64,000 nt of DNA from Squalus acanthias (lineage: Eukaryota). The position numbers and the translations under genes were made by a program. The stretch is taken from positions 94,118,001-94,182,000 of the forward strand of contig CM059431.1 in the NCBI GenBank assembly GCA_030390025.1, given 5' to 3'. The notes beneath the pieces were generated by a model. It had not been told where the DNA came from and ran no database searches. It saw nothing but the letters and a program-made list of their open reading frames with translations. Positions within the stretch are counted from its first letter, which is position 1, and each line of letters begins with the position of its first letter. Shown in pieces: positions 36,033 through 49,676 of this stretch.

Positions 36033-39000
36033 ATTCTCTTTGCAAGCAAAGTAATGAGGGACAGCAACTAAAGTAGCAGCAAAGTTAGGATCAATAGGCA
36101 AAACTACCTCACAAAGCGTTGAGTCAATGTAGAAGTCTCTCTCTCTCTCTCTCCGAATCTCTCTCTCTCTCTCAGAACGAGTGGTGCATAAATGTCGACC
36201 ACAGAAAAAGACAGGAAGAGGCCCCCTTTAAATAGCGCCCCCCCCAGCCCCACAGCGATTGATAGCGTTCCAGTCTTCCGGTCGTTGGAAGCGCCAGGCG
36301 GTAAGGCAGGGGGCGCCACTCAATTTCCGCTCCAGGGCGCCACAAGGGCGTTGCACCATGGAATGACGTCACAATCTGCGCGCGCAGGTGGTCGCAGCGG
36401 TAAGTTTTAGCGCCGCCGCACAATCTCTAGTTAAGTTCTCGAGCGGCGCAAACATCGCTGCGCCCGGGCGTTAGCGTCTTTGCGCCCCATTAGCGCCCTC
36501 TTAAGGCGCTAACGGGGCGCAACCAACTCAATTTTTACCCCTTTGTGTCTTAATGCGAGGAGCATTCCTAATAAGGTGGATGAATTAGCTGCGCAAATAG
36601 ATGTAAACGGATATGATATAATTGGGATTACGGAGACATGGCTCCAGGGTGACCAAGGCTGGGAATTCAACATCAGGTGTATTCAATATTCAGGAAGGAC
36701 AGGCAAAAAGGAAAAGGAGGTGGGGTAGCATTGCTGGTTAAAGAGGAGATTAACACAATAGTAAGGAAGGATATTAGCTCTGATGATGTGGAATTTGTAT
36801 GGGTAGAGCTGAGAAATACCAAGGGGCAGAAAATGTTAGTGGGAGTTGTATACAGACCCCCAAACAGTAATGCTGGGGTTGGGGATGACATTAAATGGGA
36901 AATTAGAGATGCGTACAATAAGGGCACAGCAGTTATCATGGGTGACTTTAATCTACATATAGATTGGGCTAACCAAATTAGTAACAATACTGTGGAGGAG
37001 GAATTGCTAGAGTGTATATGGGATGGTTTCCTGGACCAATATGATGAGGAACCAACTAGAGATCAGGCCATTTAGACTGGGTATCATGTAATGAGAAAGG
37101 ATTAATTAGCAATTTAATGTGCGAGGCCCCTTGGGGAGGAGCAATCATGATATGATAGAATTCTTCATTAAGATGGAGAGTGAAGTAGTTGACTCAGAGA
37201 CTAGGGTCCTGAATTTAAATAAAGGAAACTACGATGGTATGAGGTGCGAGTTGGCTAGGATGGATTGGGGAATGTTACTTAAAGGGTTGACGGTGGATAG
37301 GCAATGGCAAACATTTAAAGATCGCATGGATGAACTACAGAATTTGTTCATCCCTGTTTGGCATAAAAATAAAACAAAAAAGGTGACTCAACCGTGGCTA
37401 ACAAGGGAAATTAGGGAAAGCATAAGATCCAAGGAGAGGATATATAAATTGGCCAGAAAAAGCAGCAAACCTGAGGATTGGGAGCAGTTTAGGATTCAGC
37501 AAAGGTGGACAAAGGGATTAATTAAGAGGGGGAAAATAGAGCATGAGAGTAAGCTTGCAGGGAACAAAAAAACTGACTGTAAAAGCTTCTATAGATATGT
37601 GAAGAGAAAAAGATTGGTGAAGTCAAGCGTAGGTCCCTTGCAGTCAGAATCAGGGGAATTTATAATGGGGAACAAAGAAATGGCATACCAATTAAATACA
37701 TACTTTAGTTCTGTCTTCACAAAGGAGGACACAAATAACCTCCCAGAGATGTCGGGGAACATAGGGTCTAATGAGAGGGAGGAACTGAATGAAATCAGTA
37801 TTTGTAGGGAAATGGTGTTAGGGAAATTGACGGGATTGAATGCTGATAAATCCCCAGGGCCTGGTAATCAACGTCCTAGGGTGCTTAAGGAAGTGTCCCT
37901 ATAAATAGTAGATGCATTGCTGGTCATCTTTCAAAATTGTATAGACTCTGGAACAGTTCCCATGGATTGGAGGGTAGCTAATGTAACCCCACTATTTAAA
38001 AAAGGTGGTAGAGAGAAAACGAGAGCCTGACATCGGTAGTGGGGAAAATGCTAGAGTCCATTATAAAAGATGTAATAGCAGAGCACTTGGAAAACAGTGA
38101 CAAAAGGTAAATCATGCTTGACTAATCTACTGGAATTTTTTGAGGATGTAACTGGTAGAATAGATAAGGGAGAACCAGTGGATGTGGTGTATTTGGACTT
38201 TCAGAAGGCTTTGATAAGGTCCCGCATAAGAGATTAGCATGCAAAGTTAAAGCACATGGGATTGGGAGTAAGGCACTGACTTGGATAGAGAACTGGTTAG
38301 CAGACAGGAAGCAAAGAGTTGGAATAAACGGGTCTTTTTTCCAAGTTGCAGGCAGTGACTAGTGGGGTACCGCAGGGATCGGTGCTAGGACCCCAGCTAT
38401 TCACAATATATATTAATGTTCTAGACGAGGGAACTAGATGTAATTTCTCCAAGTTTGCAGATGACATAAAGCTGGGTGGGCGTGTGTGCTGTGAGGAGGA
38501 TGCAGAGAAACTCCAGTATGATTTGGACAGGTTGGGTGATTGGGCAGATGCATGGCAGATGCAGTATAATGTGGATAAATGCGAGGTTATCCACTTTGGT
38601 GGCAAAAACAGGAAGACAGATTATTATGTGAACGGCAATAGATTGGAAAAAGGGGAAGTGCAACGAGACCTGGGTGTCCTTGTGCACCAGTCGCTGAAGG
38701 TAAGCATGTAGGTGCAGCAGGCGGTTAAGAAGGCAAATGGTATGTTGGCCTTCATAGTGAGAAGATTTGAGTACAGGAGCAAGGATGTCTTGCTGCAGTT
38801 GTACAGGGCCTTGGTGAGACCACACCTTGAGTATTGTGTGCAGTTTTGGTCGCCTTATCTGAGGAAGGATGTTCTTGCCATGGAGGGAGTGCAGCGAAGA
38901 TTCACCAGACTGATACCTGGGATGGCAGGAATGACATATGAAGAGAGATTGGGTCGATTAGGCTTATATTCGCTAGAGTTTAGAAGAATGAGAGGGGATC

Positions 39001-39336
39001 TCATTGAAACTTATAAAATTCTAACAGGACTAGACAGACTAGATGTAGGAAGGATATTCCCGATGGCGGGGGAGTCCAGAACCAGGGGTCACAGTCTAAG
39101 GATATGGGGTAAGCCATTTAGGACTGAGATGAGGAGGAATTTCTTCACCCAGTGAGTGGTGAACCTGTGGAATTCTCTACCACAGAAGGCAGTTGAGGCC
39201 AATTCATTAAATATATTGAAGAATGAGTTAGATATATTTCTTAAGGCTAAAGGGATCAAGGGATATGGGGAGAAAGCAGGGATAGGGTACTGAATTTGGA
39301 TGATCAGCCATGATCTCAGATCTATAGCTACACAGG

Positions 39337-39830
39337 AGAGAGGGGAGCAGCCGAGCGTGGAGCAGCAGAGAGAGGAGCAGCAGAGAGGGGAGCAGCAGAG
39401 AGGGGAGCAGCAGAGAGGGGAGCAGCAGAGAGGGGAGCAGCAGAGAGAGGAGCAGCAGAGAGGGGAGCAGCAGAGAGGGGAGCAGCAGAGAGGGGAGCAG
39501 CAGAGCGTGGAGCAGCAGAGAGGGGAGCAGCAGAGAGGGAAGCAGCAGAGAGGGGAGCAGCAGAGAGGGAGCAGCAGAGAGAGGAGCAGCAGAGAGGGGA
39601 GCAGCAGAGAGGGGAGCAGCAGAGAGGGGAGCAGCAGAGAGGACAGCAGCAGAGAGGGGAGCAGCAGAGAGGACAGCAGCAGAGAGGGGAGCAGCAGAGC
39701 GGACAGCAGCAGAGAGGGGAGCAGCAGAGAGGGGAGCAGCAGAGAGGACAGCAGCAGAGAGGGGAGCAGCAGAGAGGACAGCAGCAGAGCGTGGAGCAGC
39801 AGAGAGGGGAGCAGCAGAGAGGGGAGCAGC
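39337..39830 (+). repeat. 15-bp minisatellite (GAGCAGCAGAGAGGG)n, ~33 units
   Basis: Directly visible; translates as EQQRG or GSSRE repeats. Confidence 0.97.
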
Positions 39831-41330
39831 TCGCAGGAGGCACTAACTGCGAAACAGGGTCTGCAGGCAGAGGCTGCGTTTCCTTGACATCTCTGAACAG
39901 CAGTGTCTCAGGAGGCTCAGGTTGTTGCGTCATCTGCAGCCAGCTGGAAGAAGACCTGCTGGATCTGGTGGCCACATGTTACCACTGGCTGTCAAAGGCA
40001 CCACCATCCTCAATTTTTTTGCTTCTGGATCCTTCCAGGGCTCTGCTGGAACACCCAGTCAGCATCCTACAAATGCATAAGACAGGTGACTGATGGGTTG
40101 TTTGCCAGGGCTGGCAATTATGTCAACCTTGCCTGTGATGATGCCAGTCAGAATGAGTGGGTGCTTGGGTTTGCGGCTCTAGCTGGCTTCCCACAGGTGT
40201 AGGCGTCATTCACTGTACACACGTGGCAATTCGGGCACCCCTAGATCAACCAAGATTATTTGTCAACCACAAGGGCTTCCACTCCATCAATGTGCAGCTG
40301 GTGTGCAACCATAAAAAAATATTTCTACAGGTGTGTGTGAGATTTTCAGGGAGCTGCCATGATGCTTTCATCCTGCAGCAATCCAAGCTCCCAAGCAATG
40401 CCCTGCAACACTCATGTTTGAGCTGGACTCCGCCATTCTCTATGCAATCGTGGAGAGTGTGCATGGAAGGCCTGCCAGTACACAGCAGATTTTTTGCTGC
40501 CCCTCAGTGATTATTCTCTTCATCGTTGGCCCCCGGGATACAGCATCTGTGTCCAGCTGAGCAGAGCCCTCCGACGCAGACTCTCCACAGTTGTCCCTGC
40601 CACCACTGTCTACTCTTGCTCACTTGTGAACTGTGAGTCACCAGGTGAAATCCCAATTAACTGCCGAGCTGGACCTACTGAAGTGTGAGTATCTGAGCTG
40701 GTGCATGGTAAGCATGAGTCCTGTGATGGTGCACCCTCAGAAGGAATCAACTCCTCTGAGGATTCATGATCCGGGAGCTCCACCGACTGCTGCTGTACAC
40801 GTGAAGACCCCGGTGGAGAAAAAAGACATGAATCAGTACTGACAAAGTAAGAATGTTGTAACTTAGCATGATGAAGAGGATCATATTTCACTCGCTGCTG
40901 AAATCAAGTCAACTTGACTAAGTGTTGTATGACATGTGAGTCGCTGATATTTAATTGTGTCACCAGGTAGCTGAGAGCTCCCAATCTCCCTATCTCCGAT
41001 GGTCAGGGATGCTGAAACACCATTGATCTCCAGCGCCTCCTCCTCTGCAACTGAGAAATCTGTCGAGGACCACCTCCAGTTCTCTCCCTCTCTCTTGAGT
41101 TCTCTGATCTCTTCTCCTGTAATATGAGTTACTGTAATGGCACATGTTCACCCGATGGATGCAGTGCCTTTGGTGAGGGTGACTATCAGGGAGAGGCATC
41201 AAATTGCAAAAGGATCAGGTTGAGTGGCAGCAGTGGATGGATTGATGGGGATGTCAGGAAGTGCATAGGAAGAGAACAATGGGTGCACTTGCAAAGTAAG
41301 TGGGTGTGAGCAGTTATGTGATAGTCTTGA
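39831..41330. mobile_element. Decayed, internally deleted Harbinger relic
   Basis: Plus strand FLDISEQQCLRRLR, IHCTHVAIRAP and KGFHSINVQLVC..SGSCHDAFIL (39870-40390); minus-strand Myb-gene fragments at 40500-41110. Confidence 0.8.
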
Positions 41331-41339
41331 CCTTTGGTT

Positions 41340-44300
41340 ATTGACTCACTCGCCAGATGGAATAGTTTTTCTATCTATCAAACCTCTCATCATCTTGAAA
41401 ACCTTTATTAGGTCACCTCTTAACCTTCTCTGTTCCAAGGAGAACAGTTTTAGCTTTTCCAACCTCTCCTCGTTACTGAAATCCCTCACCCCTGGGAACA
41501 TCCTGGTAAACCTCCTCTGTACCCTTTCTAAGGCCTTTACATCTTTCCTCAAGTGTGCTGACCAGAATTGTCCACAATACTCCAGCTGAGGCCTAACCAG
41601 TTATTTATAAAATTCAAGCATGATCTCTTTGCTGTCAAATTCTATTCCTCTATTTATAAACCCAGGTAACCCATGCGCATTATTAACCACCTTATCAACT
41701 TGCCCTGCCACCTTTAAAGATTTGTGTATGTGGACACAAGGGGCACAAAGTTCGAATACGTAGGGACCGTTTTTAGGTGCTACGATGCCCTTGGAACTCC
41801 AAAATGGGGTCCACATGTGCGCACACCACTTCTGGTGTGAGTTGTGTGGGATGCCATATTGGTGAGGGCATTAGCGTGCAGCATGAACGTCCGTCGGATC
41901 ATGATGTCAATCAGCGCTCAACGTTGATTTGACACCAGTGCGGCCATTTTGGAGCTCAATGCTCGAGCAAATGCCCTCTCTTAACTTTGCACAGCGGAAC
42001 AAGTGTTCAGCAGCAGGAAGGACCCCCCACCAGTGCTATTTAAAGCGTTTGGCATTTTCTCGAGTTCTTTAAAGTTGCTAAAGTCTACAGGGAGTAGTGT
42101 GGCAGGTGTTGAAGGACTTTTTCCTGACTTCAAGGCTTCTACACAATTCCCCTTGGAATACAGCATAACTTGAAGAATGAACAGAAGGCACGCAGAACAG
42201 AACAAGCTGCTGGAAGAGAGAGGAGGAGGAGGGGAGGAGGTCTCTCAGCAGGAGGCCATATCTACCCAGGGTATTCAGGGAGCATTTACTGGAACCACAG
42301 CGAGGAATGATGTGTGAGATGTGTGCGCTTCACTAAGGACATCCTCACTAAAATATCCCACCTGCTGCAGCCACAACTACAACCTCAGAGCAGAGCAAGG
42401 ACCGCATTGCCAGTGGCTGTGAAGGTGACCATGACGATGAACATTTATGTGTCGGGCTCCTTCCAGGCTGGAGCTGGAGATATTTGCAACATCTTGCAGT
42501 TTGCCATCCCCTGTTGCATAAGGGAGGTCACTGAGGCTCTGTATTTTAAGAGAGTTGAATACATTTCATTCTCTCTTGCCAGAGAGCAGCAGGTGGAGCG
42601 TGCAGGTGGCTTCGCTGGGATTGCAGGCTTCCCCATGGTGCAGGGAGCCATTGACTGCACGCATGTCGCTTTGCGGGCGTCGCCTGTCAAGTCTGAAATG
42701 TACCGCAACCGAAAGGAATTCCACTCCCTCAACATCCAGCTGGTGAGCGACCATCGACAGTAAATCATGCAGGTCAATGCCCGGTATTCTGGCAGCAGTC
42801 ATGATGCCTTCATTCGGCAGCAGTACGTTGTCCCATCTGCACTTGAGCCACCATGACAAACCAGAGGGTGGCTACTGGGCGACAAGGGCTATTCGCTGAT
42901 GTCTTGGCTCTTGACTCCAGAGTGCAACCCATGCAAACGTGGGTGGCATGCATACAATGAAAGCCATGCTGCCACAAGAACTGTGATAGAGCAGACCATT
43001 GGCATGCTGAAAAAACACTTCCGCTGGAGGAGCCCTGCATTATTTGGCAGAGCAGGAGTCAAGATTTGTGGTGGTCTGCTGCATGGTGCACAACCTCACC
43101 ATGAGGGCACAGCCCTGGCCACCAGCTATACGGCGGGCAGCTGAGGAGCAGGAGGAGGAAGAGGAGGACAAGGAGGAGAAGAGACAACATAAACAACCAC
43201 TTTCTAGCTGGGCTGTCCGTGAAGAACTCATCCAAGTGTGACACAAGAAAAAACACAATCCCAATTCCCCATTCACCAAAAGTCCCACACCTTACCTTCC
43301 CTCTGTCACTGATCATCACAGTTTCCACTTGGCAACAATGCAAAAATAAAAGCCAACACTAAATAAACATTCTAAACCAAATTTATGAATGAAATCATGC
43401 TATATTGCATACATACGTAAAGTAATCACCTTTGTGCATTCCCTTAGTGCCTGTCTTCCATGTTCCTTTGCCTATTCTAGTGCTCCTACACAGTGCTACT
43501 CCAGTGGCTGCAGCATGGCTGGTGGAAGGCTGTTGACTTTCAGTAGGGGAGACAGTAGATGGCCTTGGAGGACGACTTCGAGCAGCTCTGGGCCTAGAAG
43601 GCCCAGCTGCGGACTGCACCACCTCGGCATGGGCGGCAGCAGACTGGGCTGGCTGGCTGACAGGCAACAGCAAGGGCATTGGCGGAGTGGCAGTGGTGGG
43701 AGGATGAATGCTGTCATCCTGAGAGAGGACAGCAGGTTCGTGCTCCACGGAGCCAGTGCCACTCCCCTGGGGCGACGCCTCAGCAATCCTAGTAATCTGC
43801 TGGAGGACAGATTACTGAACTGCTGTGACACCCTGCAAGTCCCTTTCCACACTCATAAACCCAGCCATGATGGCAGCAGTCTGAGCTTGCATGACTTCAG
43901 TCTGAGCTTCCATTGCAGCACTAAGGCAATGGAAGCTGCAACATCGGCTATCAGACGTTGCATGATGGTTGGGTCCACAAGTGTGCTAATGGAGTTGGCC
44001 ACCACTTCCATGCTGGAAAGTACGGGCTCCAATCTCTAGGCAAAGCCCCGTGCCAAGTTGATGCCAAACTCATCCATGCTCTTTGACATTGACAGCAGGC
44101 TTACTGGCAGGCCTTCCAATGCACTAAACATTTCATTGTGCATACTCATCAGTCTTCTTCTGTAGCTGCCCCATTGAAGTCCTCATCTGAGACCTTTGCA
44201 GCAGAACTCATTTTGCGACCTCGCCCTCCGGCGAGCTGGCACCTGCACTATCCTTACCCCCTGCCCTGGCTGCAGGCCATTCGTCTCCGGTGTCTCACCA

Positions 44301-46500
44301 TGTGCAGATCCTGCCTCTATGCTACCCTCTAAATTACACACAGTGTCAGTATCTGAGTTGGTGGCTGTGAGTGTGAAATTGAGTGAAGGTTTTTCTTCAT
44401 CATCACTGTCTTGTTGCTCTTCCACCTGTTGCTCTTCCACCACTACCTGACTAGGTTGCAGTTCTTGAGTATCTGAAAGGAGAAAGGCACAAAGGTAAGG
44501 TTGTGGTGAGGGGAGGGAGTAAAGCAAGAGGTGCATGCTTACACCTTCTGCAGCTTGTAAATCAGAAGTGATTGTGGGATGAAGGGGAAGTACGAAGTGA
44601 GAAGGAGGATTAGGTATGGAGATACCATCAACTTTGAAGGTTTCAGCACCGCCACTGCAGACATGCAGACTTGCCTGTATCCTGCCAGTTAGGTCCTGCT
44701 GCCTCCGGTTGTGCGTCACCTTTTCCTACAAGAGAGACGGAAATGTGTCAGTGAGTGTGATGCAATCTGTTTGGGTGATGTGCCTGTCATGGTCAAATAG
44801 CTGGCAGTTTGTCCAAGCTATGAGATGTGTGAGGCTTGCAGCAGTGCTAAGTGTGTGCGGATGAGGTGAAACTATGAATGTTAGATAAGAGTCCTGATTG
44901 ATAGAAATTGTTGGTAGGTGAGTGATGTGTGTGTGGTGCATTGAGCAGTTGCTGAGGCAAGTGGTGCAGATGGTGAGATATGGCATTTGAAGATGTATTC
45001 ACTGACCTTGATCATTCATGTGAGGTCATTAAACTTTTTGTGGCACTACATCCAGGTCCTCGGGGCTTGACTCCTGGCATTGACCACCACGGCTATCTGC
45101 TCCCACAGCCTTCTGAGCGTTTGTCTGGAGGTCCTCCTGGCTCCCTGTGGATACAACATATCTCTCCTGCTTTCCACCTCCACCACCAAGGCCTCCAGTG
45201 CAGCGTCGGAGAACCTTGGAGCATGCTCTCTACCATGTTGCGCCATTACTGAGTGTTTCCCACATCAAAATCAGTTGTAGAACGACTTTCAACACCTGCT
45301 CCAGCCACAATGCACAATGTAGGTTGGCTTTAAGTGGTGCAGGCTAGCTTTAAGTGATGCTAACCTCTCACGATTTTGGGCCACCTGCTGATGCATGCCA
45401 ATGAACAGCATGGTTAGCGCTGGCTGCATGCTACAATCATGAAGTTGGCATGCTGGCTGCATCAGAAGGAATGGATGCGGGTTAATCGCGCATTGTAATC
45501 CCCACGCCCATTTTCGGGGGTTAGCAAATTTTGCGGCCAAGTTTTCTCTGCTCATCTACACTTTTAAAAATCATGCCATTTACAGTATACTTTCTTTCTA
45601 TGTCATCCCAAAGTACATCACTTCACACTTCCCTGCATTAAACTCCATCTGCCATGCTTCTGCCCATTTCGCCATCCTGAAGTCTACATCTATCCTTATC
45701 ACTATCTACTACTTTGCCAAGTTTTGGATCATCTGAAAACCTTAAATTGCTGCTCCCTACACTCGAGTCTAGGTCGTTTAAAAAAATTGAAAAGAATAAT
45801 GAACACAAAACTGGCCCTTGGGGAACACCACTGCAAACCATCCCCCACCCCAGTCTGAAAAACATCCATCCACCAGCACCCTTTGCTTTCTGTCATTGAG
45901 CCAATTCCGTATCCATATTGCCATTTTACCCTTGGGCTTCCATCTTCTTAACAAGCCTCCTGTGTGGCACTTCCGAAAGTCCATGTATACAACATCTACT
46001 GCATTACCTTGATCAACTTCTCTGTTACCTCATCAAAGAATTCAATCAAGTTAGTCAGGCATGATTTGCCTTCAACAAATGTATGCTGGCTGTCCTTGAT
46101 TAACCCATGCCTTTCTAAATGAAAGTTTATTTTGCCCATGATAATGGTTTCCATAACTTACCCACCACCGATGTTAGGCTGACTGGCCTGAAATTTCCTA
46201 GTTTATCTCTTTTGCCTTTCTTGAATGGTGATATAACATTAGCAACCCTCCAATCCTCCGGCACTACTCCTGTATCCAATGAGGATTGAAAGATTGTGAC
46301 CAATGCCTCTGCTATTTCTACATTTGTTTCTTTCAGCAACCTAGATGCATTTCATCCGGATCGGATGACTTATCAACTTTCAATAATGCTAATCATTTTA
46401 GTACGTCTTCTCTATCTATTACTATCCTGTCCATAACTTCCCTCTCCTCTTTTAGTATAACCTTCACATCATCCGCTTCCTTTGTGAAGGTAGATGCATT
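41340..46500 (-). mobile_element. CR1 LINE fragment (41340-41740 plus 45539-46500) split by a Harbinger
   Basis: LERVQRRFTR, GVPQG and FRPVSLTSVVGK on the minus strand. Confidence 0.88.
41741..45538. mobile_element. PIF/Harbinger transposon, decayed, different subfamily
   Basis: Imperfect TIR GGGCACAAAGTT / AATTTTGCGGCC; TSD AAG; transposase pseudogene at ~42200-43241 (+); Myb-like gene at 43395-45246 (-, PRFSDAALEALV..V..R). Confidence 0.88.
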
Positions 46501-47659
46501 TAATACTATGAAGAAACACAATTCTTACACTCAACATTTATAATCTTTGTGGGCCATGACAGGAAGCTGCCCAAAACAGATCACCAAATGTCAAGTGATG
46601 CCACACTGACAAGGAGCTATTGGTGAAAGCATGAGCCTACAGTAACAGGATATGACTGGCAAGTTTCAGTCTCACAAGCCTGCAAACATCTGTTTATCTC
46701 TCTACTATCCTCTTCGCCTCAGAAATAGTACTTACTATTAAAAAACCACACAGCTTGCCAATCGAAGCTATAGGAGCTATTCTTAAGGAGATGGTGTCAT
46801 AGGTGTAATTGTAAATGAGCAATGTGTTGAAGAGGCACTGGCCACAGAGCTGGATGATCTCTTTGCAAATGTCAGTGGTTTGATTTTCACACATCCAATG
46901 TTGTGTTTCTGTATTCTATGTCCTGCTAGTATCCTTATCAAAGGATCTGCTGATCACTGAACCCATTTTAAGTTGGAATAAAGACAAATTGAAAACTGAT
47001 TAGATATCTAAATAGTTGACTACTGAAAGCTGCAAAACACAATAGAAGTGAGAATTGTAATGTATACGTGATCTAATGCTTATCTTACTCAATCTTCAGT
47101 AAAGTTTGGTTGTCACTGTGGGCTCCTGGACATCTGCTAGTCAAAGGGCTAGGATTGGTCATAGTAACAATTAGAGATGGAAGGCTAGATTTCCCTCCAG
47201 GGTGGGTTCACCACCAGAGATGGGTCAAGTGGGACTTCTGTCCTCTGGCCCAACCAGCCATGACTCTGTCCTATTTTTCTGGGTCAGTACTCATTAAGCA
47301 TGCAACAAGAACAACTTGCATTTATATAGCACCTTTAATGTAGGGAAATATCCCAAGGCACCTCAAGCAGCACATTCAGACATTATACATGCCTCAATGG
47401 GAGAGAGAATGAGAACATACTGCAGGAAGAAAATTCCATGGTTCAGATTGAAGGGATTATTACTAGTCCTAGCCCTTTTAGGGCTACCCCGGATCAGGCG
47501 TATTCCCCAGACGTTCACCTTCAACTAAAGTTAGAGGTAGCCGAATCCTAAAGACGCTTAATTGGGTCTAAAGGTCCAGACTATCTCTCCCTAAAGGAAA
47601 GGAACAGCCTGAAGATGTTACCGTCCTCCAGATAGCACTTTTAATAAGTTTAGCCAGAC

Positions 47660-48739
47660 TGTAACGTTCCGGATATTATGAGGGTCCGGAAAACTCCCCC
47701 AGAATTCTGCAACTCCTCACCAAAGAGCGTACAGAGATTGAGTTTGCGAGTTTGATACAGAAGTACTATGTGAGACAATTCTAAAAATATATAGATTTAT
47801 TAAAGAACCGACATGCAGTTACAATTGGTGATTCAGTCGCAACATTAACAGTTCCAATTACAAAAACTTACAGTTCTATTATCAGAGATCCTTATTCTCA
47901 AATCTTAACTTCGTTACATTTTTACATTTCTTAGTCTTATTCCAGGATATCCACCAAAATCAAATACAGTACCTTTTTGATCCCCGAGATACAAAGAGTT
48001 GAAGACTTACAGAGCTTGCCTCTGAAGCCTGAGAATCGCTTTGCCCCTTCAAGCGAATCTGTCTTCCCATTTGAAAGTCCAATTTTTATACCCTTTCTCA
48101 GTGGTATTTCCTTTGAAGTTTTCTGCTGATGTAAGCTAATTATCTCTAGTCATTTTTCTGCTGGCCCCTTCTATTCTTACAGTTAGTTCAGCTGTAGCAT
48201 TAAGAATCGTGTCTCTACCTTTAGGTGTTCGAAGCTCATCATAAAAAAACAGTGTAACAGCAGTGGTTCTATCTGATGTCATTTTTACGAAGGCATATGT
48301 TGCTTTATCTTTTTGTGTTTCATTTCAAAGTGTTGGTTTAAGACACTTTAACAGAATATTCCATTGTGTTCTTTCCAAGGCTGCAGACTTCCAGAAACCT
48401 TTAACCTTTTGTTTCAATGAGGCTATTGTTTCAGTGTCAACAACTTATCTTATCTCAAAAGCCTGTATGCTGTTCACAGCTTCTGATTGTTGAGGCGTCC
48501 AGATTTTCAAACCTAGTTTGTCATGTTTCTAAGGCCAGAATTCTTTTATAGGATGGTGTATTTTTCTGAATATGGCACATTCCTTCACAAGATCACCCTG
48601 TCTCAATCCACACTGTTCTCATGTTTAGTGGCAAAACTCAGACTTAAAAGAAAGGCTCTGCCTTCGACAGACCTGATAGAACTGAGGCCCATGTTATCTC
48701 ATCTTTCCACAGTATCAACCCTACTATCTTCCTATTACA
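47660..48739 (-). mobile_element. Probable solo LTR (~1080 bp)
   Basis: TGTAA...TTACA termini; minus-strand TATAAA (~48085) then AATAAA (~47797); second copy at 29406-31070; no TSD seen. Confidence 0.65.
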
Positions 48740-49676
48740 ACATTTAGCTTTTTTTTAACGAGTCCAGAGTCCTGACTTCAACCAGACTTTTTGGCAACCT
48801 GTTCCAGCTGTTGATTACTTGTACAGGAAATACTTCTTGGAATCTCTCCTAAACTTGCCTTTCACTGCACTGAACCTGTGTCCTCTTATCCTGGTAACTT
48901 GGTATGCGGTGTCTATATCGATTAGATATTCTATGGCTTGTACAACGATTGTGTGCAGATATATATAGTGCAGGTAATGAGAATGAAGGATCTGTATCCA
49001 TAGGTGTGCTTACGTAGTCATAATGCACCATCTGCTCTCTTCAAAAAGCAAGGAGAACCTAGTGGGCCACGATCCAGATCCAAAGGGCACCATGTAACTG
49101 GGCAGCAACTGTCAACACCCTCACCTGACACAGGCACTAGTACAGATACAGATATTACAACAGATATAAATAGGGATGAGGAGCAGAAAGCACATAATTA
49201 AATATTAAATACAGTAAAAAAAGGAAAGCAATGATGGGGGATAATGAGGATCTGGCAGCTATCAGGCAATGTCCCTGCATGCTGTGTCTTTCTATTGAGT
49301 TGTAGGGACACAGACCTCAGGCTCGCAAATGGAAGTTGGTAGAATGCTAGTATCACTTACATCCTTACATTACATTGGAAGGTAACCTAGGTAATCTGGA
49401 GATGACCAATGCCCAGATATGTGCTGTACTGATATTGAGGTGCTGCATTTTAGTAGGAAGAATAAGGGGGCCACATATACATTGGAAAATAAGAATCTAA
49501 ATGGGATAGAGGAGCAAAAGGATCTATGGGTACAGATACACAAATCAGGGTACAATTCTAAAGGAGAACAGAGAGACCTGGGAGTATATGTGCACAAATC
49601 ATTGAAGGTGGCAGGGCAGGTTGAGAACGCGGTTAAAAAAGCATACAGGATCCTGGACTTCCTAAATAGAGTCATA

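Larger units (their letters stand above)
32394..36541. mobile_element. PIF/Harbinger transposon, full length, copy B (4148 bp)
   Basis: TIR GGGGTAGAAATTAGGT / ACTCAATTTTTACCCC; TSD TTT; collinear with and highly similar to copy A. Confidence 0.96.
31259..39317 (+). mobile_element. Near full-length CR1 LINE interrupted by Harbinger copy B
   Basis: ORF1 (CxxC..CxxC zinc finger/leucine zipper; GDS..G, HIGAND and DGLH esterase motifs) at 31259-32181; ORF2 EN+RT at ~32380-32393 plus 36545-39290; KALCLNARSI is restored when the insertion is removed. Confidence 0.95.

Noticed and set aside
39300..39975. Keratin-associated-like (CCSPL)n and EQQRG ORFs
   Set aside because: These are translations of the 15-bp minisatellite.
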